The notes below the pieces were generated by a model. That model was not told the origin of the DNA. It saw only the letters and a program-made list of their open reading frames with translations, and made no database searches. Source: Lytechinus pictus (taxonomy: Eukaryota). From it: a stretch of DNA of 64,000 bases. A program made the translations under genes and the position numbers. Positions 23,531 through 36,216 of this stretch are shown one piece after another; position 1 is the first letter of the stretch, and every line of letters starts with the position of its first letter. The stretch covers positions 24,740,001 through 24,804,000 of the forward strand of contig NC_087250.1 of assembly GCF_037042905.1 (NCBI RefSeq), given 5' to 3'.

Positions 23531-26500
23531 GTATTATATTTCATTCTCCTTCATTTCATCTTTTAAAATATTTCAAAATATTTTGATATCCGTTCCAGAA
23601 ATTAATCAAAAGGACACGTATCTCGCCAATTAAATTATAGGGGAGCTAAGCTGAAACTTTTTTTCATTGGTTATGAAAACGGAATATTAAAAAAAAAAAC
23701 ATGATGATGTTCCGTATGTTACTAAATAGCGCAATATGCGAGCTGGGATTATTTATAGGCCTACTGGTATGACGATCACAGTGGCATAATGCGCCAAAAA
23801 TGGCTGATGGAACAACAGTTCTAAAAAGGATGCGAGCGAGCAAAGCAAGCGAGCAAAATTTTTGACATTTTTAATACAGAAATCTATTTTTTTTAAAGAA
23901 ATTGACATACTATTCAGAAAATAATATACCATTTCTTCCTTTCCATTTCATTTTCTTTCTTGTTCTCTTTTTTTCTTGGTCGTGAAAAATTTGGGGGCAC
24001 ATGGCCCCCCAAGCCGCCCCCATCTCGCCAGTGGACGCCCATGATATTCCCTGGAACTTGGTGCGCCCCACTGCGATTTTTTATCTAGGAGCGTCGAGGA
24101 ACGTAAGATGGGATGTAGGCATGCGTGTTAGACCGCGTTGCCGGGGAGGGGGGTCATTTTCATTACACAGCGTGTACGTCTTACGTGAAGACAAGGCGTT
24201 GGTACAGTGCATACACCATGGAAATAATCGAAAACATCGGGGGGGGGGGTCAAACTCGGACATGAAGGGTTTCTTTATGTAAAAAAAAAAGAAGCCGACA
24301 AACAGGACAAATTCGCTAGCAGTGCGAATTTCAGCGGAGTTCCCATTGTAGTTGGGCAATAACAACAGATGGACCACCAGCTTATGGCAACCCTCAGGGG
24401 CGTGTTGTCCATAAAGGCAGGGGCTGAAAAGGGCGGCGCAAGATATAAACTCTGGCCCTACCACGCAGCTGATCGGAGACCATTTACTCGGTGCAACGGA
24501 TGATGTAAGGGCAAACATTTGGTCCTTGGCAATGGCAACCCGAGATGTGCAACGGCAGAGGTAATGTATGATGTTTAAAGAAAACAACAAAACAACAACA
24601 ACACTACAACATCCACAGTCATGAAGATGATAATGATGTTGATAATGATGACGATAATAATATCAGTGGCGTAACAGGCGGGGGGCAGGCTGCCCCCCTG
24701 GCGGATTTCACAGGGAAAATAGAAAAGGGAGGGAGAAAGAAAGGGAAAGGGAAATGAAAGGGGAAATTAGGGAGAGGAGGAAAAGGAAAGGGAAAGGGAA
24801 AAGAAGACGAAGATTTTTTTTTAATGGAAAAGGAAGGAAAGCGGAAAAAGGAACAAAAGAAGAACATTTGAGAAAGATCAAATCATTCCGAAATAGGCCT
24901 AATAATGCAATAGCATGATGGGAAATAAATTAAAAGATGACAAAATGGCAAACAATAGCGAGAAATTAAGGTAAAATGGAATTAGTCAAAAGCTGAATTG
25001 GAAAACAAAGAAAAGGGACCAGAAAAAAACAACTTGACACGACCGGGCCGGCCGAGGATTGAAAATAAAGAGCGGGAAAAAAGATGGACTGCATACAACA
25101 TTGTGCTATAGGGCCTAAGCTTGCTAAATTTTATGCAAATAAGCTACCGGGGCTTTGCCCCAGACCCCACGCAGTAGGGGCTCTTCATCTATAACCTTCA
25201 AATGGTTCTATAACGCCCCCCTGTAGGGACCCTTCCTACATTAAGCTTTACGTTCAATCACTGGCGTACAGGCGCGCGGGGGGGTCTTGGTTCCACACCA
25301 AAGAGGAAATAAAATAAATTATAGGAGAAAACGTATAATGAACTAAATGGAAACAAATTATATGAAATGTGTTGTTTGTTGAATGTAATGTAAAAACCTA
25401 TCACATAATTAGGATTTAATTTCAATACGCAATTTTTTTCCAGCTCGTTTGGCTCGCTGGCGACTTTTTACAAATTTTCCCACATTGCTATGTTTTGCCC
25501 CCTAAAATGTTTGGTTCATTACGCAAATGGGTTGAATAAATGTGTTGTGTAAAAGCTATATTCTGTTTATACCCGTGATTTGATTAAAAATAGCGGCAAA
25601 GTGCGAGGTTTAAATGGCTTGGTATCAAGTTCCGGGGGCTCCGCTCCGGACCCCAACGAAATAGCACTGCCGTATATGAGTATGGAAGGGATAGGCCATG
25701 GCCCCCAAAAGTTCTACAATCAAGACAAAAAAAATTGAGGAAAGAAAAGCAAAGAAAAAGTGTAGGATATGATTTTATTTACTGAATATAATGTCAAAAA
25801 AATCCCAAAGTTAGATTCTCATGAAAAGGTGATTTTTTTTTCTCGCTCGCTTCGCTCCCTCGGGACTTATATTAAGCAACTTTTTAGCACATGTGCCATA
25901 CCATGCCCCTCGTTTTTTTTTTTTTTACTCTTCACGCTACTGCCGCAAAGAATCCTGTTCACAGTGGCGTACAGACCACAAAAAAAAGAATGGAAATAGA
26001 GAAGAGTGAAATATGATTCTCTGGATATCATGTCAAAATCCATCAAAAAATTTGTTTTTTGTATTAAAAATATCAAAATATTTGCTCGCTCGCAACTTTT
26101 TTTTTAAAGATAAATTCTACTCGATACGCAATATCTGGTCCTCTCAAAATTGTCGCCTCATGACACCATTACGCCTGTTCATACCATGATATGACCGGGA
26201 AATTTTTGGCTCTTGCCCCCCCCCCCCCCCTGGCCACCGACCCCTTTTACGCCGCTGCCCCCCCCCCCCCCCCTCACCATGAATAAGAATTAAGAATATC
26301 TATCCCTCCTTTGTGCTTACCCCTTTTTTTATATTTCTCTATATGTTATGCATGTATCACCTTTTTCCAAAACCGTGTACAAAAACGTAAAAAATGACCA
26401 TATGATTGTGATTTTTAGCATGGTAATTTCCCCGCTTTGAAAACCGTTCCGCGGCCCCTGTGTATGTCATATAATATATCATGCAAGCATAGTTTAATTT

Positions 26501-27442
26501 TACTTTGCAATATATTATAATATACAAATTTGTAAATTGACGCCTTCAGCCTGTGCTACAATTGTTATGCGCATGAAAGTACAAAATAATTGTCGCATTA
26601 TCGGAGCAATTTAGGGCGGAGCCATTTTCGGCGGAGCAGTTGTCGGCGGAGCAAATATTGACGGAGCAGATGTCGGCGGAGCAGATATCGGCTGAGCAAT
26701 TTATGGCGGAGCAGATGTCGGCGGAGCAATTATCGGCGGAGCAATTGTCGTATAATCGGTGCAGATGTCGGTGGAGCAAATATCGGCGGAGCAATTGTCG
26801 CGGAGCAATTGTCGTATAATCGGAGCAGATGTCGGCGGAGCAATTATCGGCGGAGCAATTGTCGTTGGAGCAATTTTCGGCGGAGCAAGTGTCGACGGAG
26901 CAAATATCGGTGGAGCAAATATCGGTGGAGCAAATATCGGCGGAGCAAGTGTCGACGGAGCAAATATCGGCGGAGCAAGTGTCGACGGAGCAACTGTCGG
27001 CGGAGCAACTGTCCGGAGCAATTGTCGGCGGAGCAGTTGTCGTATTTTGCGTAGCAATTGTCGGCGGAGCAGATGTCGGCGGAGCAATTGTCGGGTCACC
27101 ATCTTCGCCAGCCAACTTGGATTTTACTTTAGATTATTATCACAATTTCAAGAGACGTAAGATTAATATTTATTTATGTTTTGTTTATGACTGTCATTTC
27201 CTGTAATAAAAAAGGAAATCAAGTTTAAATTAATTTTTTTTTTCATTGTTATTTGTTGCAGTATCATAACAATATTTATGTTGATTTACAAGAATAATGC
27301 TAAGAAGTAACCATTAGGACTACCCCTTCAGAGAAACAAACAAAAAAAATGTTCGAGCGGCCGATCGGGGAAAATATGGCTGAAAACAAATCCGCCCCCC
27401 CCCCCCTAATGGCGAAGGATGCGAAGGATGGATCCGCCCTTG

Positions 27443-27800
27443 ATAAGGCGTACAATGTATGAATGATAATGTAACATTTGCATTAATAACCACTATCAGT
27501 CATTCGAGATCAAAAGGGAATTTAATTACCGAGGAAAAGGATATGTCTTAAGGGAAGATTTGAAGCCAAGAATACTGGAAGCATTTCTTATTGGAAGAGG
27601 GATTGCATTCCAAGTCTTGACAGCTGATACAGCAAAACGTTTTTTTGGCAGAATTGTAGCGATGATTTAGAATCCCTCCTGTAGACTATACTTCACACAC
27701 TTCTGTTTTATTCGTCATGGATACGAGAGCCCACCAGCATAAGTCTGCATCCGATCAGTTTAGTAATGTTCAGACTTAGGGGGCGTTGGAAGAAAGTATT
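27443..27800 (-). pseudogene. L2/CR1-type LINE 3' fragment (its tail continues at 16861-16912)
   Basis: Minus-strand translation FAVSAVKTWNAIPLPIRNASSILGFKSSLKT. Same family at 49394-49790. Confidence 0.7.
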
Positions 27801-27807
27801 TGCGATC

Positions 27808-28206
27808 AATTGCCAATTTGTCTACTACCAACTCGTCCACCCACCACATGGTCTACTTTCATTTAGGCCAATGCCATTCCCTCCATCAACATTTCATCTA
27901 ACAACCATTTGGTCCAAATTAACCATTTGGTCCAATCGTCACTTCGTGTATGACCATTCGTCTCATAACCAGTTAGTCTAATATCCATTTCATTCTCTTT
28001 CATTCTGCAACATTTGATGTTTAGTCCAATTAGAACCAATGGTATATTGACTAAATGGCTATTGGACCAACTTGCTAATAGATGGAATGTCAGTAGACTA
28101 AATGAAAGTAAACCATGTAGTGAGTGGACGAACTGATGGTAGACCAAATGATAGTAGTCGAGTTGGCAATTGGACGAATAGGCATTAGACGAATTGGAAA
28201 TAAACC
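27808..28206. repeat. Inverted-repeat element built from GTCTA/TAGAC short repeats
   Basis: CCAACTCGTCCAC..ATGGTCTACTTTCATTTAG mirrors CTAAATGAAAGTAAACCAT..GTGGACGAAC. Confidence 0.5.
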
Positions 28207-29541
28207 GATTTAGGACCGAAATAGACATGCAAATGATAAAGTTTCTTGCAACGCCCTGTTAGACTAGGCCAACTATTGATTTATACGCAGAACAAATAGT
28301 TATTTTTCTGTTCATCATTTTCATTTATTATTCAATTCACTTCAATTCAATCTTTATATCACAAATAAGATTAAAACGTACAAGGGCTGGCTGCATTAAA
28401 TAAATTTAAGTGTTTGGCTTTCTACCAGGTTATAACAAAACATACTGAATTGTAACATTCATTTACTTAACTTTTCAATTAAACTGGATTCGTGTCAGTT
28501 ACACGTAATATTCATTTCAGTTTTTAGTATACGGTATTAGAGGTTCTTTGCTCAGGATATACACAATCAATTGAACACAAATGTATCCTCTTTTGAATTA
28601 GCGCCGGAATAACATGGTAACATGCAGTATTCAATTTCAGTTTTGTACTAGAAGTTATACAAGATCAGCTGCATTAAGTGGGTTATTTTTTTTAACCCAA
28701 CTATAGATCTCCGAACCTACTTTCCTTTAAACTTACAAGCGGAATTATATCCCCTATATAGTTCAAAATGATTAAGTATATGACATATACAAACTTTCAT
28801 TGTTTTCTACGGCATTGCGATTAACACATACCTTCCTCCATTATAAAGTTTCGAAGCAATGACGTCAGTTGCCATGGTGTCATGGCGGCATGGCTCTAAA
28901 CATAATGAACCCGCCGAATGGAAGCGTGTGTTTCTCATTTCAGAAAATGGCTGCTATCAGAATTTGAACGCTTGCAGTCTATTTTTAAGACAAGCCAAAG
29001 TCATACAAATGTCATGAATGTGTACAGACGATCGTCAGCTGCGACTCTGTTTAGATCCAGCACTACATGACACCATGAAAATTGACGTCACACTTCGGTA
29101 CTCTATAAACCAACTGGTTTTCTTTTTTCATCGTGGCAGATTTTGTTCAAAATATAGTGGAAACAACAAAAGTCTAGTATACGCAAAGAAGAATTCACAC
29201 ATTGGTCATGACTATTATCATAATAAATCTTGTAATTCATAAATCCTGTAATTCATAATGACATTCCAGAAAACCAATACGATTTGATTATTAAGTCTAT
29301 GATACATTACAACTTAAGTAAAATAATGTATATCCACATCAAACCTAAATTCTCTTGACAGATAACGCACAAAGCTCTACCAAAAATGCTGTTGCAATAT
29401 AGTTGCATTTTACTCTAAAAACCTACATAGAATATACTTACTGTAAAAATGTATCTAATAGTTTCAAAATGTTATGATAATGGGCTACATTAATGTAGCT
29501 TTTATTTCACTCATTTTATTTCTCACAACCCCCCCCCCCCC

Positions 29542-29575
<34 letters not shown>

Positions 29576-29964
29576 ATGTAAACAATCATCAAATACCATG
29601 AGACCATGCATGGTGAGTCTGTTGAAACCCTATTAAGCTATTAAGCCTACTGTTTTTTTATTTATTTATTTATTTGGTACACATTTCCACGAGTTGAATA
29701 TTTTTTTCATTGAAGTTTCAGTTTATAGCCTAATAGTAATAACAATGTGACAATAACGTTTAATGCAACATTTGAAATGCATGGAAGTGTAAGAACGAAA
29801 TATACGTTTTCTTAAAACGTTAGATACTTTGTACAATAAAAAAGATGTAAATGATGACATTCGGAACGGTTTTACTCAAGTAGCATCACGTCTTCAAGCC
29901 TTGTCAATATTTGGTAACATACAATTATAATAAAAAGAAGAATATGAAACAGATACTAGATGTA

Positions 29965-32900
29965 CACAGGCCTATATTATGAGAGGCCATGTATTCATAA
30001 GGTGAAACAATTAAGCCAGTGTAATGATATGATACAAAAATAAGTACTGTGGGTCTATATATCAAATATTTACATTTTTACACATCAAACATGAACAATC
30101 ATTTTTAGGCATAGCAGCTTCATCACGTTCAACATTGATATTTTGTTGTAAGTATTGCAAGTGACTTTTTCGAAATCTTTAACTTTGCGAATATTGACAG
30201 ACGTTGAGTGTAAAATATGCAGAGTCTTCATGAATGCATATTATGAATACTGATTCACGTATGCCTGTTTCACTCAGGGGCCATCCGTATTCATCCAGCT
30301 ACTACGAAAATATGTTTAAAGAAAAACAAAATATATTCTGAATTTCGATGAATATCATAACTGCTATACACATTTATACTAATGATCTTGGGCACATAAG
30401 AAAAGGCATAAAAAGCAAAAAGGGAAAAGACACAAAAAAGCTGGAAAGGTTTATGTTATCCTAACAATCATTGAAAACAAACTCTTTATACAATATTCTT
30501 TGTCATGCCGTGCAACTGTCATGGCTGAATTTGTTGTGATAAGCCACAACTGCATAGGACAATCGGCCTCGCTCCCGTTAATAAACCTCATTGTTATTTC
30601 GATTTTTAAACACCTAAATACTGGAATTCTGTTTAATTTTTCAAGTAAATAAAATGTCTTTGGATAATAATTGCCATACATTATGTTATCGACAAACATG
30701 CAATTACAATGTATACAATGGTTGATGAAACGCCTTAAAATAATCGTGAAAGATTAATTATTCATTATGAATCGCTTTCATTTTGATTCATATTTCTCTT
30801 TCTGTATCAAGCCTTTTTTTTTTTTAATCTTTCTCGATTTTTACATGTACATAACATTCATCTGTTACCGAGATACACTCATACAATATACATGACATAG
30901 AACACAAAATACCTACTATACAAAATATATAGAGAAAGTAAATCAAGATATTGATTAAATTAGTTTTGTTCGCTGTAAACACGTATAAATAGGCCTATTA
31001 TGAGAGGTCATGTATTCATAAGGCGAAACGCTTAGGCCAGTGGAGTGATATGATTAAAAATAAGTACTGTAGGCCTATAATACTCATTAAATATTTACAT
31101 TGGCTCACATTAAAAATGAATATGCATTTCAGGCATAGCAGCTTCATCACGTTCAACGTTGATATTTTGCTGTAACTTGTAAGTATTGTAAGTGACTTAA
31201 AAAAAAAATAACTTTGCGAATATTGACAGACTTTGACTATGAAATATTCAAAGCCATATTAACAACGAAAATATAGAGTAAAGTATTTATGAATGCATGT
31301 TATGACTATTGATTCACGTATGGCTGTTTTACTCAGGGGCCATCCGAATTCATCAACCTTCTACGAAAATATGTGTAATGAGAAAACAAAGCATTTAAAT
31401 CTGAATAACTGCTGTACACATTAATGCTCTCACGAGCTCCAAAGAAAAGGCATAAAAAGCAACAATAAAGCTGGAAAGATTTATGTCATAATAATATTGA
31501 AATCAAACGCTTTATACAATATTCTTTTGCATGCCCTGCGACTCTCATGACTGAAAGTTTTGTGAGAAGTCACAATTGCATAGGGATATAGGCCTCGTTC
31601 CTGTTCACAAACATTATTGTTATTTCGATTTTTTTTTTACATCTAAATACTCCAATTCTGTTTAACTTTTCAAGTAAATAAAAGGTTTTTGCATAATAAT
31701 TGTCATACATTATGTTATCTACAAACATGTACTTACAATATATACCATGGTTGATAAAACGTCTTAAAATATAATCATGAAAGATTAATTATTCATTATG
31801 ACTCGCTTTCATTATGATTTTTATTTCTCTTTCTGTATCAAGCCTTTTTTTAATAAAAATGTTTCTAGATTTATACATGTACAAAACATTCATCTGTTGC
31901 CGAGAAACATTCATACAACATACATGACATAGAACACAAGAATACTTAATATACAAAATCTATAGAGAAAGTAAATCAAGATATTGATTAAATTAGTTTT
32001 GTTCGCTAAAATAATTAAGCGTAAAAGTCTGCTTAAATTCTGGATTTGAAATACTGACTTTCTTGCATCGAAGTTACTGCATATATCTTATTCATCATGT
32101 TCATGTTAACAGGACCATGCTGAAAACACGTATGAATAGAATTATTATGAGAGGCCATGTATTCACAAGGTGAAACATTTAGGCCAGTGTAATGATATCA
32201 TACAAATAAAAGCACTGCTGGCCTATATATCAAATATTTACATTTTCACACATTAAAATGAATATGCATTTCAGGCTTATCAGCTTCATCACGTTCAACG
32301 TGGATATTTTTTTGTAAGTATTGCAAGTGACTTTTTTCAAAATGTTTAAACTTTGCGAGTATATATTGACAGACTTTGACTCAAAAGATATCCAGAGCCA
32401 TTAACAACGGAAATTTAAAGTATTGTCATTATGAATATTGATTCAGGTATGGCTTTTTTACTCAGTGGCCAAGCGAATTCATCCACCTTCTACGAAAAAT
32501 ATGTGTAATGAGAAAACAAAACATTCAAATCTTAATAACTGCTGTACATATTAATGCTCTTATGGGCTCAAAAGAAAAGGCATAAAAAGCAACAAAAAAA
32601 AGCTGGAAAGATTTATGTCATCATAATAATATTGAAAACAAACGCTTTATACAATATTCTTTTGCATGCCCTGCGACTCTCATGACTGAAAGTTTTGCGA
32701 TAAGTCACAATTGCATATGGATATAGGCCTCCTTCCTGTTCACAAACATTATTGTTATCGTGGAGCGTTGTGGCCCAGTGGATTGGTCTCCGGACTTTGA
32801 AACAGAGGGTCATGGGTTTGAATCCCAACCATGGCGTAATTTCATTCGGCAAGGAATTTATCCACATTGTGCTGCACTCGACCCAGGTGAGGTGAATTGG

Positions 32901-33545
32901 TACCCGGTATGATTTATTCCTTGAACGCTTTATAGCGCATATTAATATGGCGGCTTAGCTACAGCCGGGGTAATAATATGATACCAAGTATCAAAGCGCA
33001 GTTGAGTATATACACATATTAAACTGCGCTATATAAATGGACATATTATTATTATAACTATTATTTCGATTTTTTACACCTAAATACTGGAATTCTGTTC
33101 ATTTTTGAAGTAAATAAAATGTCTATGAATAATGATTGCCATACATTATGTTATCGACAAACATGTTATTGCAATGTATACCATGGTTGATGAAACGTCT
33201 TAAAATATATTCATGAAAGATTAATTATTTATTATGACTCGCTTTTATTAGGATTCTTATTTCTCTTTCTGTATCAAGCCTTTTTTAAATACAAGTGTTT
33301 CTAGATTTATACATGTACAAAACATTCATCTGTTACCGAGATACTTTCTTACAACATACATGACATAGGAAACAAGAATACCTAATATACAAAATATATA
33401 GAGAAAGTAAATCAAGATATTGAATAAATTATTTTGTTCGCTAAGATACTTAAACCTAAAATTATGCTTAAATGGATTTGAAATAATGCGCTTTCTAGCA
33501 TTGAAGATACTGCTCATATCTTATTCATGTTAACAGGACCATGCT
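29965..33545. repeat. Three diverged tandem copies of a ~1.0-1.15-kb unit
   Basis: ATTATGAGAGG.CATGTATTCA.AAGG.GAAAC recurs at ~29977, ~30997 and ~32144 with colinear downstream sequence. Confidence 0.85.
32761..33055 (+). mobile_element. tRNA-derived SINE inserted in the third tandem unit
   Basis: Near copy of 22207-22520; absent from units 1 and 2. Confidence 0.75.
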
Positions 33546-35918
33546 AAAAAAAAAGAGTTTATCTGGACATGTTATCTTGTGTGAATATATTCTTACACTT
33601 TATAAACACTGAGTAAAATATTATACCCAATATTGGGTAGAAAGGGAACATGCATGTTTGCTGTGTATTTTTTAAACCCATTTTGGGCAATTTCAACGCA
33701 ACATTGCGTAAAATTTACAAAATATTTATATTGTTTTACCCAACCAACATGCATATTCCCATTTTACCCAATAGGCCTATTTGGTAAACCATTTGTTAGA
33801 GAGTAATGAATGAAGTAATGACGTTGCATCGCGTATATAAATGTAAGTAACAGTTATGTACACAAATCGCAGCTCCTTGTTCGTGTAGTTAATAAAAACA
33901 TGAGAAAGCAAGTGTAGCTTTTATGTTTTTTTTTATTCATTCATATTTGGGGGCTCTACGTTTAAAAAAGACTAAAACCAAGAAATATAATTATAGTAGC
34001 ATGTTGATGACTATACTATCATGTATTCGTATAGAAGCAAATTATGTATACACTATTGGTTTAAATACATGTATCTATTTACATGATAGTAATTTACTAT
34101 ATACTGTATGTACATGTACTGCATAGAAGGGTATAAATGTAAACTTATATGGACCAGTAATGAGTTTTAATTTGTAGAAGAAGATCCTAAACAGAATTCA
34201 TTCATTGGTAACAATGAGGAAAATGCAATAAAACTAATATAAGCATGGCAGTTCTCAAATTGAAAACATATATCTACAGCCCTACTCGAATAACTAGATA
34301 GACACGTACATGTTCCCCAGTTCTATACAAGGGGGGGGGGGATAAAAGAAAACTTCGGCCTGTGAAATTTACAGGTGGCTTTTAGGCCTAATGGTTAAAT
34401 GATAGTCATATAGAATGGAGTTATTTACATTGCGTTGTCTCTATTATCTAGAAAGAATATGCATGTATTAACAGAAACACCGTTATTATCTTTAAAACAA
34501 TTAGACATAAGCCCATATTAAATAGTTGTCATAGCAACTTAACAATAATGTATTTAATTTCCCATATCAAATGCAATGAATGAAACGCTCGTAAGTTTTA
34601 ATCTTATGACATTTTGAATATAATATGAACAACGATCATTTCTCAGGTTTTAATGAATTGAATAATATATATTTTTAAACTTATAATATATCTTTTTTTA
34701 ATATCATAGAACACAGTTTGTATTTTAATTATGTCTGATGTATCAGAGCAAATTTTTCAAACGTCCATTAGACTATTCTAAACATTTGAAATAAAATCAT
34801 AAAAACTATTATAACTTTGCAAGGAGATTATAAATGTATATACCGACATACCAAACAATATATAACATATAACACTATCAAAACAAGATTAGTATATCCT
34901 TGTTCAGTATGGGCTGTTTTTATCACTAAAACATATGTACAGTTGAAAAACATGACGACTGAAATAAGAATATAGAGCTAAAGTAAATATATACGTCATT
35001 GTTTTTATATGTTACACCCAGGAGAGAAATCAAATGCTTAATTCAAATCTAATTGTAAATTTTAACAATATTACACACTTATTCTAATAGCTTAAATATT
35101 TTGTATTGAGAGTTTAAAAACCATATTTTTACTGGACAAATAAGAGGAATAAAAACTTTGGCCTGACATGATCAATTATGTGTCTATATGCAAATGGTGT
35201 TTTTTTTTTCATATGAAGGGAAACAATGTTAACTAGGCCTACATACTTATAATCAAAGAGTCTATACTGATACAGAACAAATACGATGCCTCGGTGCTTT
35301 TACACTTTTAAGGCTACCGCGTACAGATTTGTCTGCTACCCGATTTTGGAGTAAAACGTAGTACCATTTGATGTTAATATGGAGACATGAAATATCTTAC
35401 TGTGTTATTTTATCAATCATCGTACAAACACCTATGTTCAAATCTGTGACTTTGCTATTTTATTAATATAAAAACGAATTCAATATCTGGTCGTATTGAT
35501 GTTATAGTATTCAGACGACTGGCGACGATTTGAAACTAATTTGGCCTTTACTCAAAAGTAAAGGCTTGAAATCATCCACAATTGCTATTTTACTATTCTT
35601 CTAATAAAAATATACTTTTCATTCACGTTTTTACAAAATGAGGAAAATGCGATTTTTTTTCTTCCAAAGTCGGATCATAGACCAGTCGCAAGGTGTGCTG
35701 TGGCCTTAGGTGATATGAACCTATTTTGGTTGCAGAATTTCATAAGACTTAAATATTCTTCCAAGCTATCTCCACATTCTATTTTATGGTACATATATTT
35801 TTACCTCGTAATTGTTTTAATTTTGAATGAAATAAATTGAATTTTAATTGAATTTTCGAATTGAATTGAAAAAGTTTGTCCATATTCGGAGAACAAGATG
35901 TCAGAAATGGACCTAAGA

Positions 35919-36216
35919 CTAATTTTTGTCAAAGAGGATTTCAGCTTCATGTCTTAAGCCAACAGCTCCCAGGCAAGTTTGGAGTTTCTCAACCTGCTCA
36001 CTGGGTCGGACATGCCGTCTCCAATGCTCTAGCATTTCTCGAAGACCCGATCTTGAGACACTCCTAGCCGAGGAGTCTGCTCTGACCAAGTATTTCTCCA
36101 CCGTTGAGTAAGAGAAACCAAGTTTGTAGCCAAGTTCCCGAGCATCCTTAATCTCACATACCAAATCGGACAGGACCTGTAGTATGTTGTTTGATGCAAA
36201 CCTCTTTCTGTCTCGT
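35919..36216 (-). CDS. Terminal exon, death domain 5
   Basis: VLSDLVCEIKDARELGYKLGFS...EMLEHWRR..KLQTCLGAVGLRHEAE then stop; TTGCAG acceptor. Confidence 0.8.

Larger units (their letters stand above)
21257..27100. mobile_element. TU/Foldback-type (MULE-like) element with inverted arms of 15-bp tandem repeats
   Basis: Arms ~21257-21590 and ~26590-27100 of TTGCTCCGCCGATAT-like units in opposite orientation. GG...CC termini. 9-bp TSD ATCTTCGCC at 21248-21256 and 27101-27109. Confidence 0.85.
16913..27442. mobile_element. 10.5-kb composite non-autonomous DNA transposon (CA...TG ends, hAT-like) with GCGCTTCGCGCTCGCA internal repeats
   Basis: Ends CATAGGCGGATCC and GGATCCGCCCTTG. ATAAG lies on both flanks. 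The flanks rejoin into one LINE tail. An extra right end sits at ~19110. Confidence 0.7.

Noticed and set aside
24001..24590. ORFs inside the TU element as a transposase
   Set aside because: No DDE/MULE or zinc-finger motifs recognisable.
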